A stretch of 64,000 nt of DNA from Lingula anatina (Eukaryota > Animalia > Brachiopoda), in assembly GCA_051362555.1 (NCBI GenBank), contig CM120646.1, positions 17,546,001 to 17,610,000 of the forward strand, written 5' to 3'. A program made the position numbers and the translations under genes. Positions 27,465 through 39,100 of the stretch are shown in pieces (position 1 is the stretch's first letter; each line of letters opens with the position of its first letter). A model generated the notes under the pieces. It was not told the DNA's origin and made no database searches. It saw nothing but the letters and a program-made list of their open reading frames with translations.

Positions 27465-29268
27465 GACAGAGGTATTTCATTCTCCTTTTTATAATGACAG
27501 CTGATTTTTGAGGTGATAAGGTGATAAGCGGACATCGTTCTGGAATTGGAGCGGAACTTGCAAAAGAAAGGGGATAAATGACAGAAAAAAGAGGAAAGAG
27601 GGATGGAAAGCCTTTGTCCGTAACTATCAATAAAGACAACATTAAAGTAGCTCAAACTGGTCGTCAGAAACATCTGTTTATTATATCTACACTACGGGCG
27701 TCTTGCATGACGGATGTTCAATGGCTAGTTCAGCTAGTGACACTTTTAACCGCCAAGCCGTCAGATTTACTATTATCATTATCTTGTAAAAAATAACCTT
27801 GCATACAATGGGATGTTGCTTCACCTGTAAACCTATGTGTATTGCCACTAGCCATAAGTTTATCTCTAGGGTAGGCATAATGTCGGCTTAGGTCAGGGTT
27901 ATACGAATGTTTTTTACTGGTCTATTTGACAGCTTTTTATGTCTATCGAAGTAATTTTCAATGGATTGTTTGAATGATATAATTTATATAATGGTAAACA
28001 CACTGTTGTATCTAGTTTTATTACTATTATTATTCATAATCGAGATGAAAATTAATGCCATCATGCATTCTATCTTAAGGAAACTCCGTAAGATGAACGT
28101 GTCCGTTCTCGTTTCACACTTCGAGATGTAGAAATCAAAGGAATGTCCAATATGTTGTTAAACATTTATGCACATGATTTCAATAAAGGAAATGAATTTC
28201 TGTGATGAATGACATTGACTTTGTTTACTGAAAATCATATTATATGACATCAATCTGCCCGTTAAAATGAATTACCGAAATACCTGCATATTGTTCGCTG
28301 GTGCAGGTATAAATTTCGGAAATTAAATGTACAAGGGAAAGAATTCAAAGATTCCCTGATGAGACAAAAACTTTTTATTACAAAGGCTTTCAATCAAATC
28401 GTTTATTTCAGGGAGGTTTTGTTGAACATTTTAATCTATTTTTCATTCGTTTTAATGTTTTTATTGGAACAAGGATAAGCTTGACCTAGGACGCAAAAGA
28501 TGTGTTTCGTTACTTCATGTACAACAAAAAGTCCTATTACTCTATGTATAAATAAACAAAACAATAACTACCCATTTAATTTATTACTTCATTAACATGA
28601 CATGAGTTAAACTGATGGGTTATGTTTACTTTCACTTAATTGTTACCTGAAGTTTGAAACTAAATTACAATTTATAGCAGTTACAAAAAATAGCCCAAAG
28701 CTGATATGATGAAACATTACATGGTTTTATTGCTAAAATTTTCAAAAATATTTTAAAAAATAATCATCAAAAGTAAAGCGGCAAATCGACATTGTTTATC
28801 AGAAAGCACCATTTCGATAAAAATCATCAAATGCTCTCATTAAATAAACGGTTATAGCTGCAAAAGCTTTAATTAGTAATATTTATTTATAATTCGCTTT
28901 TTTCACACTACGATCATTTTAAACGTTAACAAAAAGCCACCTCAATATACAGTACTGATGACTTTCAACGAGCCAATAATACAAATGTTTCTGATATTGA
29001 AAACTATAGTTATATTATAACAAATGGATTTTAACAAAACCACATTTTAAAAAAGGTAAAAAGAAGAGGGGTGTCACCCTTTCCCTCAAACCACAGACAC
29101 ATGAGCACTTATACAATATACATTTGTGTTGACCCAAAGTTTGGTTTCTCTCCTACTAGGCGAGGAAGAGGGGAGGTTGAACCCGTCATTTTGAAATGAT
29201 AAAGGGGTAGGGTGGCTCGTGACCGCTCCCTATCTTTCTGACTCGCCTATCCAAACAATCAAGCTCGG

Positions 29269-29808
29269 CTACAGTAACAACACCAAAAGAAATATTCCCA
29301 CCACTGCTACTGCTGCTGCACCACCCAAACCGCGAAAAACGCCGCTCAACCGGACACGTTTGAAAAGGCTCTTTTTAGTTTTAGGCAGTAACGGATCTTC
29401 CGAATTTTCCGAACCTGACAGTTTAACTGAGTTGTCATTATCTGGACCATACACTGTAGAATATTGGTTTGACTGAGATCCACCCCAGCGCGTTTCAGAG
29501 AATTCTGAGTTTTCCGATCCCCGGCTACGCCTATGGCGCCTCTTAAGCGGCTTTCTGTCAACTTCGCTGCTTGGCCCTTCGCTGTCGCTGTCGTGTGAAT
29601 CGTACTGACTTGGCGTGGCAACATTGGCGACTAATCCAGCGAGAAGAAGACCTGAGAAGTTTGGCCCCTTCGATTTGTATACTCGCCGAAGGTGTGGGTC
29701 TTCCACGTGTTTCCAATCTCCCCGCATAGCTGCCCGCAATTCTTCATCTTTGTCCTGTCGTCTGCTCCGATCTCCGTCCCTCTCGCTTCGATTGCGCCTG
29801 AAAGCCAT
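29269..29808 (-). CDS. Uncharacterised tail-anchored membrane protein, paralogue 3 (179 aa)
   Basis: Intronless ORF with gccATGG context and the same motifs. GSENSE is internally duplicated. C-terminal TM ends at the stop codon. Confidence 0.8.
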   Translation of the reverse strand: MAFRRNRSERDGDRSRRQDKDEELRAAMRGDWKHVEDPHLRRVYKSKGPNFSGLLLAGLVANVATPSQYDSHDSDSEGPSSEVDRKPLKRRHRRSRGSENSEFSETRWGGSQSNQYSTVYGPDNDNSVKLSGSENSEDPLLPKTKKSLFKRVRLSGVFRGLGGAAAVAVVGIFLLVLLL

Positions 29809-32505
29809 GGCTCCTAATGCTACTGAAATATTTGATTGATAAATTCAGTGAGGATAGTATTTGAACCAACCGGTCGCTATATATCTTTTTCTTTTTAGAG
29901 TAAGTTGTTCTTACTTATATTTCGTATCAATTGTTATTTAAGTAACCTTGTTTCCGTTATGATAATAAAATATTCTTATCTATTTGAAAATAGAAGAAAC
30001 TTTATTTATAACTTGTTTATCATTAACGTATCAATCTGTTTTGCAGTAACACAAAACTTGATAAAAATTAATAAAGGTTGTCAAAAGGGATCCTAAACCT
30101 TTAAAACATTTAGCAGGGCTGCCAGATTAACACATTTTCGCGTTTTCTACAAGCACTTCTCTTCAATTCCTTTTGTTTTCATTTTTTCTATTGCTAATAA
30201 CTTGATAACAGTACATCAAAGCATTTTTTTTTTCAGAAAAAAAGCTTACAATACTGACAGAATGTGCAAATGCAAGAACAAATACATAATGGTGTTGGAT
30301 TACGAAAGTTGGTATCTTCAACGGCACATTTATACTTACGATGAAACAATTGTTTGCTAACGCGTACGGTGCAACAGTTTGTACTCCAGTCACGAATTAG
30401 TTCAGAATTTTTCTCTACAGCGCCTTTTATGTTAATCAAATCACATGACTGGGAAATTCCCAACATACAATGATGGGTATTTTAAGTGATCAGGAATTTT
30501 TCAAGTAAATTGCTCATAACTTCAATGACTGGCGAAAACATGGCTAAAATAACTCTCAAAAATTCCCTCTTGTTAACATAGAAGGGATTTTACGTGACTA
30601 GTCAAAGTAAACACTGGGATTTTTGGGGGTTATTTTAAAGCTGACGTAATGTTTGTTGGACCAAGGCCATTCATGTTTACCAGTGAGTCATGATGTAAAC
30701 AAAACACATAGTCCCATAGATCTGTAAACTGCTGTGAGATACCTAACGGGATAATGTTCATAAATTTAATATGCCACTTCGGGTCCTATTAAAGAGCAAT
30801 ATGCGCGTTTTATTTTACTTTTTTTTTAATTTTTACATTCACATGTTGTGTGTCCCGCAAAGCGATGGCTCAACCCATCCCCCACCCCACCTGGACTCCC
30901 TTGTATTAAACCCCCTCCTAGGGTGAAACCCTGGGTTTGCCAATGACGTCTAATAGTCCATGCTCCCAGCCCTACCCCCTCCTTATTTACCCCCGCTTTC
31001 CCATAACCAAACCTATATCACGGAGGCAGATTTATGTCAGTTTTACCCCTGCGCCAAGTCGTAACCAAAATAAACTCGCAGTGTTACCCAAGTCTATTGT
31101 GTACCACTAAGCCACCGAAAGGTTTTGCTTTGGTGGTTTCCGTGTCAGTGGAGTGGAATAACAAGGTCAGGTGCGTTTGTGTACAGGGGATCAATTGCTA
31201 TGCTTTTTAATAGTTGGCTAAGCTGACATTTCTAATAAAAAAAATCTTTCGCGTCTTTATTTTGTAGAATAGACCAGGGCAATTTCAATAAGAGATCGAT
31301 TTTTTTTCTTTTTTCTTGTACATTTATATCAAAATAATGTTTTTTTTCATTTCGTTAATCTTTTTTTTTTTGTTAGATACATGTATACTATAACGAACAC
31401 GATATGCGATTTTGGTGTTATTTTCATAATTTAAAATACTCAAATCCAACCCAACATTACAACCATTAAAAGATATAACAACTCTTCATATGAGATTCAC
31501 ATTTCACGATAAATACATAGTAAACAACTGATAAAAATGTAATAAATTCCATTTTACCACCAAAACAGCGGTTATTGCAATTATTCTGGAATTTGTGCTT
31601 GTCATCTGACGACGAAAGTCCTCATACAATGGCTACACCTCCATACTAATCCCTTAAAACAATTTTTTTTAGAAAAAACATGGACTAACTTTGAATGTAG
31701 GAATGGCTTCCTTCACCATTGGTAAGTATGGGGAAGTTGTACTTTAGACCAGGAAAGTCTGTTTTTCCCTAAGACCTCTCTAAGTTCTATAATGCAAATG
31801 ATGTGTCAACCAGCAAATGAAACGTCAATCATAGTAAGACTTGTTAAAATATATATTTGAAAAACAAATGAAAGTGGTGATTTTTTTGTCAAAATAAATC
31901 AAGTTTTGTCATGAGTCATGACTCGTGTAATATTTAAAACATTAGAATTGCATCGATTTTTAAAACAAACATACAAAAAAAGTCCTATTCGATACCACGT
32001 TTTCAAGCTCTATGTTGGGAGAGAGGGCGCTGTGATGTGTTTGTATTTGAACGCAATTTACCGTGCTGCCTGTGAACAGAAATGGTTCAGGTGGTCAGCA
32101 TACAAATGAGAAGCATACAAATCAAAATCCGTTCTGATTGATTATTATCACATAGTGCCTTAGTTGAAAACAACATATTTGCAGCGAGTTTATTAATTAA
32201 TTTATTCTTTTATTTATTTATTTTTTTCTCAATTCAGTAATTTAATTTCTATTTGCTTTTACATCGTTCTTACTTATTAAGTTTTATAGGATTAATCCCC
32301 ATTAATTTCTCTGCAAAACTTCAACCCTTTGGTTGCAACGATTAAATAATAAATATTATAATTATCATTAAAGTCCTGGGCTTGGGACTTGATAGAGAAA
32401 TAGCAGATACATAATGTAATTGTCCTGGCTGCCAAGACAATTCATGTATTGTCATAACTTTCTGACCAAAACCACGTATGCCGTGACCAAGAGTGTGATC
32501 ATTGA

Positions 32506-35304
32506 TCATTCCCCACTTTCAAACTTCAGCGAAACACTGTTTATACAAAATCGTTCACCAGTTGGCTTCGGCCCATCATTGAACACGTGACCAAGGTGGG
32601 CATTACACTGAAAATATAAAGAGAATGGCATTTAAAACCCATATAATAGTTTGGTTCTTTCATGTGAAGCGATTTTACTTTATGTGAATTAATATAAAAA
32701 TGGCAAAAAGTTGAATACAATGTACATCATTGTGGTCCAATAATGGAATTTTTTTACTTAAAGATACATACAAAGTCAATTTTTTGTCACAAAAACCAAC
32801 CAAATGCCAGCATATAGTTTCAAGTAGTATAACTAAGAGAATTACCAAAAGGCATTGTTTAATTTTACCCCAAAATGATGTTTGAACGAATTCTTCTGCT
32901 GGCATTCTAAGCTGTATGTCAATCGGGCAGGAAAGTAGGTCACGAATGTAGGTTAAACTTACAACCATAAATTTAAAGAAAGGAGCAGTCTAAAGGTATT
33001 TTATGACTGATCGAGTGATCTATTCAGTTTATCCCTTGGCATTTCGAATTTATTTGAGTCATATAAGAATCTAGTAGAAGTGGTTTACATGTGTTACTGG
33101 GAATCCACGCTCCACCGATGCTCGGTTCGTATGTACCTTTAAAACATGCAAGTTCAATGCATAGAATTCTCAATATCTTGTACCTGAATATTTACACATA
33201 AATTAAATATTACTTTTAAGCAATTATTTATTAAAATAGTGATGACAAAGAAGTTAAACTCATCTATTTTAAACTCATCTATATGAGACTGAAATTAACG
33301 TCACTGGCTTTGCCCCTAAATCAGTCATCATTACACGTTTCAAATGTCATACCATTTCAAAAATTCTGCACGTTTACATTTTCACGCAAATAAAAACTAT
33401 CCAAACTAGTTCTCCAACTCACATTTTTACAGAGCACTTCCACCCTCTTCATGCCGTGAGAGTCGTCTGGTCGGCGGAGAACATTTGTCTTGGATTCATC
33501 TCTGTTGTTTGCACCAAGAGCCGTATGGAAAGATGGCCAGCCACAGTGAGACTCAAACTTTGCTTCTGAGCTAAAAATTGAATAAAATAAAATAATAATT
33601 TATAAAAAAATTTAATTACTTAATAGAATCAAAATATCCTTGACCAGTAAATTAAAAAAAATAAATAAATAATAAACAGCCAAGAGAAACATAAGATTTT
33701 GCTGGGGGATCAAAGACACCATATCAAGGTAGAGATCCTCTGAACAGTATATCACTTGTGGCTAGGAGTCTTATTTCCCTGCTTATTCATATCCTTTCAC
33801 TCTACATATATTCACTATCATTAATTTTATTAGCACGCCAAGGAAACCTAAATTAAAGGAACCAGTTATTGGTAAAATTTTACAGTACATAAGTTCACCA
33901 AATATCCTCCAAATTATTAATAGTCTACTAGTAGGTGCTTCTTTAGCCAAATGTTTTTCAACTTATCAATTCTTTTTTTTACGTGGGTGTGAGTCTCACC
34001 TGAATAATTCTGACCCACAACATGTGCACTTGTAAATGCCCTTCTCAAAATGGCTATTGTAAATACCAGAGAAAGGCTGAAAGTGAAAAAAAATAATAAC
34101 ATAATTAATGTAACAGAAATCATTAAAATATAACAGTAAATTCTCATTTACTGGGTACACCTGGCAGCCCCTACAAGTGCCTGATTGCACCGATGCAGCA
34201 GAGAGCACACCTAATGCAATCTCAGTCAAACCACTATCTCTCCATATAATTAAGGGAAAAAAAACAAGTTAAAAAGAAAAATCTTCTTCATTGTGTCCTT
34301 TATATCTATCTATATATATATCTGACAAAAAATAAATTAGGAACTCATAAACTCCATTAGGAGAAAGAAAACATGTTCAAGTTGTTTGAAGGGGAAAGGA
34401 TGTCTGAAAGGGGAGGGGGGGTACCACAGAGTGACTTTCAATAACAATAAACAAAACAGTAATAAAATTAAAATATAATTGAACTTGGCAATGTAACACA
34501 GTCTTAACCCTGCCTCAGCACAGTATATTAAATCTATGGCTGGTTATAATTTCTTCAATTCTGCTTAAATTTAACAACATTTGTTTTTTTTTTTTAATTC
34601 ATGAATTCTTTCCCCCGCTATGAGCTGTTTTCAGTTCATAAGGCATATGATACTGGTATGCATGTACCACTTACGGGTTCAGTACCACTCTCCCTGGTTA
34701 CATAATACTGCTCTGGTGTCAACCTCTTCACCCACTCCTCTTTACTAACACTGGCAAAGTCTGTCTTTTCACAAGACATTCCTTCAATAGATATATAACA
34801 AAGAATTGGTTCATTCAGTTTATTTTCGTGTCACACTGGTGTCTGCAGTGGGTTATAATTCATAACCTGGTATAGGGGACTTAAATGGTTGGGTCATTAT
34901 TATCATACCTCAGTAATAGTCAGTATATTTAATTTTATAAAACAAGGTATACTAAAAAAGTGAAATATACATGTATTGTGCTCCTAAATGCTAATGTCTG
35001 AGTAATGAAATATCTGTAGCACTTATATTTGTTGTATAAGATAGGTGTGAAGCCTCTTATTTATTTTTTTGACAAATATTTCAAAAAATATTTTTTTGAC
35101 AAATATTATTGTTCTTGTCACAGATTGCAGTATCCAGAAAACAAATACTGGAACATATACTACATGCACTTCTACTACTACTGGGTACTAGTCTATTGCT
35201 ACTGCGAAAGTAATAAGGGGTTGGATTTAAAGTTTAAGTGAGAATAATAATTGAATACAAAATTATTTTGTATTGGATGTAATACAACTTGTCTGTGTGT
35301 GTGC

Positions 35305-35352
<48 letters not shown>

Positions 35353-35541
35353 TCGGGGAGGAAGAGAGAGAGTCGGAGTGTTGAACTTACTGCAAGTTGT
35401 GTGCATAAACCGCAAGGCTTTATATCTTCTGTAATAGCACGGAATACTATAACATATCTGTCGCTTAGTTAAAGTATAAACTGATCCACTGAGCACTCTT
35501 CGAGACAAGATTAAACACGCACCAACTGCTGCTGGTGCCAT
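32506..35541 (-). CDS. MSRB2: Methionine-R-sulfoxide reductase B, Cys-type, with predicted mitochondrial targeting peptide (MSRB2-like)
   Basis: Five exons: 35541-35391, ~34782-34675, ~34076-34000, ~33570-33423, ~32607-32506. They encode [88 protein letters not shown]. Exon 1 is Arg-rich and lacks acidic residues. The family is clear; orthology to MSRB2 rather than MSRB3 is inferred. Confidence 0.9.
35294..35352. repeat. Compound (TG)n(AG)n microsatellite
   Basis: Directly visible in MsrB intron 1. Confidence 0.95.
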
Positions 35542-36193
35542 TATATTTGGCGAAACCGCTTTGCTCCATGTAAATAGGTCAACAGACGGTCTCGATTCGG
35601 TTTGATAACTTCCGGTTTCATTGCGTAAGGGACCATCTCAAAATCCTTCATAGTTAAAAATAGGTTCACCCTACCTATTCATTCTAAAGTGTGAAAGTTT
35701 GCCTAGACTTAACTTAATGACTCCCGATACTTCAAAACCTCAGCTTTCTTTTGTTAGGGCAGATTTTTTTTCAACTTAATTTGATCTGGCCGTGGGGGAG
35801 ACCAGCTAGGGCACGTCCGGTGTCACGTGAATAAATTAACCGTCGTCGTGATTATAGATTAGTAGAGAGCTTTCGCAACTGCACGTTTAGGCGACCGACT
35901 ACATTTAGCTATCCGTAACCATAAAGTGACCTGTTGCATATTGTAATGTAATTAACATATCTCCCATAATGCATTGTTCTTTCTCTACCAGTTAGCCAGC
36001 ATGGCTGGATGTGTTATATGTAATAAATGAGTTATTAAAAAATGTTAACTTGAGTTACATAACAACAGAAAACCGCGACATGGTGTCAGAATCGGGATCT
36101 ACATTGGATGTAGCATAATTTGGAGATTGGATGACCCACAAACTACAAGATAAAAACGGATTTTGAATCACTAAAAAAAAAAAAGGGAAAAAA

Positions 36194-39100
36194 ATGGAGC
36201 ACATGTATGGGATACAGCCGCCTCACATGGACTGGGAATCCATGGACTTACCGCGTACGTTCAAACTTTTCAAGGAAAAGTGTGAATTGATAGATAAATA
36301 TGTATATCTTCAACTTTATTGAACTAATCTAGTTGATGATGGACACCTGGAATGATAGGCTACATATAAAGAGCACTATTAGATATCTAGCTATCTCCTT
36401 CCCCCGGGGGAAGTTTTATACGGGCATGTAAAAAACGTCACTTATATGCCAGTCCTCATTCCTCTTTTTTTTAAAGTCCTCTGTCTCCTCCCCTGGGGAG
36501 CTTTTAAAGTTTGTGAACATGGGTCCTCCATAGTCCTTTTCAAAAGTCAATTGTAATATGGAAATTGAAGCAACAACAACAACTTTTAAAAGCTATATGC
36601 CAAAAGAAAATCAAATTAAATATCTAGCTAAAGTCATTTAAAAAAAATCAAGTATTATGAGACTTCAAGAAGAGTCCCTGGTTGAAGCTGGTTTCCGAGT
36701 TTCCTGTATGTCAGTCTCTTTAGAATGACGGCTTGGTCTGGATGGAGTAAGCATTTCTGTGGTGCCTGGCTTGTTATGAGGTAGCAAACGGGCTAATGCA
36801 CGTGGCAAACCACCACTGGTGCGCTGCTTGGTAACAGTAGGGGCATCCTGGCCACTGGGATCTAGGGCACTCAAATCTGGCTCTTCAGATAATTGCAATG
36901 GAGTAGAAGCATCCTGGTATGGCACAGTAGGTTCATCTGGATTTTTTGGCTGTGTGACCTGTACAGGGTTGTCATGGGTTTGCTTCTTACCCAGATGAAG
37001 GTCACCAGGTTCGTGATGGACCAACTTAGTGGGTTGCTCAGGCACTGTGTTCTCCTTGAGGGCCATCTCAATCATGGGGAAGTTGTCACTGGTAACAAAT
37101 GGAGTGAACTTCCTAAGATGCTGACGGTTGCGGATAGTCACCCTGCCTGAACCATCTACTTTGATGACATACTGGTGGTGCTGTCTTACTTCAATTACTA
37201 TTCCAGTTCGCTCCCACTTCCGGGGATAATTTCCCACAAGGTTCTGTAAGTACACATGATCTCCAACCCTCAATGGTGGTAAGGTCCTAGTATGCTCACT
37301 CCAGCGTTCATGCTCTCTGGAATGACGTTTTGCAAGTGCTCTTTCTCGATGTGACATCAGCTCTGCCCATGTTTCATGTGGGGAATACCTTCCCATGGGT
37401 ATTGGAATGGCATCGCGAATAGGCCGTCCAAATATAATTAATGCTGGGGAGGCCTTTGTTTGTGGGTCAATAGAATTTCTGTACATAAGCATGGCTTTCT
37501 GAAACTTGTCAACATCAAGGGATCCTGTTGGGGCTATATTGTCTGCAAGCATTCGCTTCACAGTTTTGACAGCTATCTCAGCTCTACAGTTAGAATGAGG
37601 GTTGGCAACTGACGAGATTCTTTGTTTAACACCCCAGGTCTTAAGAAATTCTTGTGTTTTCCCCGCAGTAAATTGTGGTCCACCATCTGAGGTTAACTCC
37701 TCTGGTATTCCAAATGTGACGAAAGTTTCACGCAATCTTAATTCTGATTAGACCCTCTGCGCCTCCTTCTGCTTTAAAAGCCATTGGCCAATTGGAATAG
37801 CGGTCGACAATGACAACATAATCTTTACTGTTGAATGTGAAGTAGTCACAGCAGATCATCTGGAAAGGGTAGTCTGGTTGTTTAATATCAGATGGTGGCT
37901 GCATCGGGTTTGATTTAGCCATGCGATGACAATGTGCACATTGGTCCCTAACTCTAGCAATGTCAACTGAGATATTGGGCCAAAAAACAGAGTCTGCTGC
38001 TCGGGACTGCATAGCACTTATACCCTGGTGAGCTGCATGGAGGGCATTGAGGATTGGTGTGCGTAAGGCCCTTGGGATAACAATTCGTTGACCCATGAGT
38101 ATCACTCCATCAACAACACACAGGCTTGCTGTGTGACGGTGGTATGGACGTATCTCAATGGGGAGTTCTCTGCAATCTTCTGGGAAGCCTTTCTCAAGGT
38201 ATTGCATTAGTGTAAGTAATGTTGCATCTGAAGAGGTGGCGTCTCGGACCATATCCCAGGTGACAATAATGTTAGCAGCATCCAGTGAGGCAGACGCAGC
38301 AGCAATGGTGCAAGCATCATCAGCAAAGTCTGTGTCTGCTGTGTCTTGGTATAGACTAGCCAATGTGACCTGTGGAGGCACAGTCATGTAGGATATGGTG
38401 TCACTATCAGATGGTTCATTTGGTAGATGCATTCTACTTGGCCGACCAGCAGGGTGTCTGGATGCTGCATCTGGGCCGGGATTCTTCTTCCCTGGGACAT
38501 GAACTATGGTGAATCTGTATGCTAGTGTCTTTTCTTTGAGATTGAGTAGTCGCCTGTTGTGAATTTCGGTGAGTGACCTATCATTTAGCACCTGAACCAG
38601 TGGTTTGTGGTCTGTGGCAACAATCAAATCTTTACAGCCCAATACATAGTAGCGAGTCTGATGCAATGCATAGGCCACGGCCAGGGCTTCACCCTCTATG
38701 GGTGCATATCTGCTTTCTGCTGGGTGGGTAAACCTGCTTCCTACCAAGCATAACTTCCAGCCACTGACAACATGCTGGAGTTTTGGAGGTGCATTGGCAA
38801 TACTTTTGCATCAGGAAGAATCCAACTCCATCAACAGACCAATCAGTGGACAGACATGTTTGGCGGTTTGGATCAAACAAACGCACTCCTTCTTTCATCT
38901 CTTCTATAATGACTTCTTTGGATTGGTGGAACAGGTTGTCCAACTCATCTGTCCATTCAAATTTTGTGGATGGCTTTAGGAGCTTCCTGAATGGCTTCAT
39001 CTGACGTGCCATTGAGAATGCATAAGCGCCTTGATTAATGAGCCCAAACCAGGCTCGGGCACCACTGATATCCGTAGGTGTTGGGAATTTCCTTATGGCA

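Noticed and set aside
29700-29745. BH3-like motif (LRAAMRGD) in paralogue 3
   Set aside because: The spacing does not match L-x3-G-D, and the Asp is not conserved in the other two paralogues.
22567-29839. Antisense and alternate-frame ORFs overlapping the three paralogues
   Set aside because: They share no motifs with each other and are shadows of GC-richer coding sequence.
32506-32607. Selenoprotein MsrB1 (UGA readthrough)
   Set aside because: The catalytic residue is TGT (Cys), and the TGA falls at the normal C-terminus.
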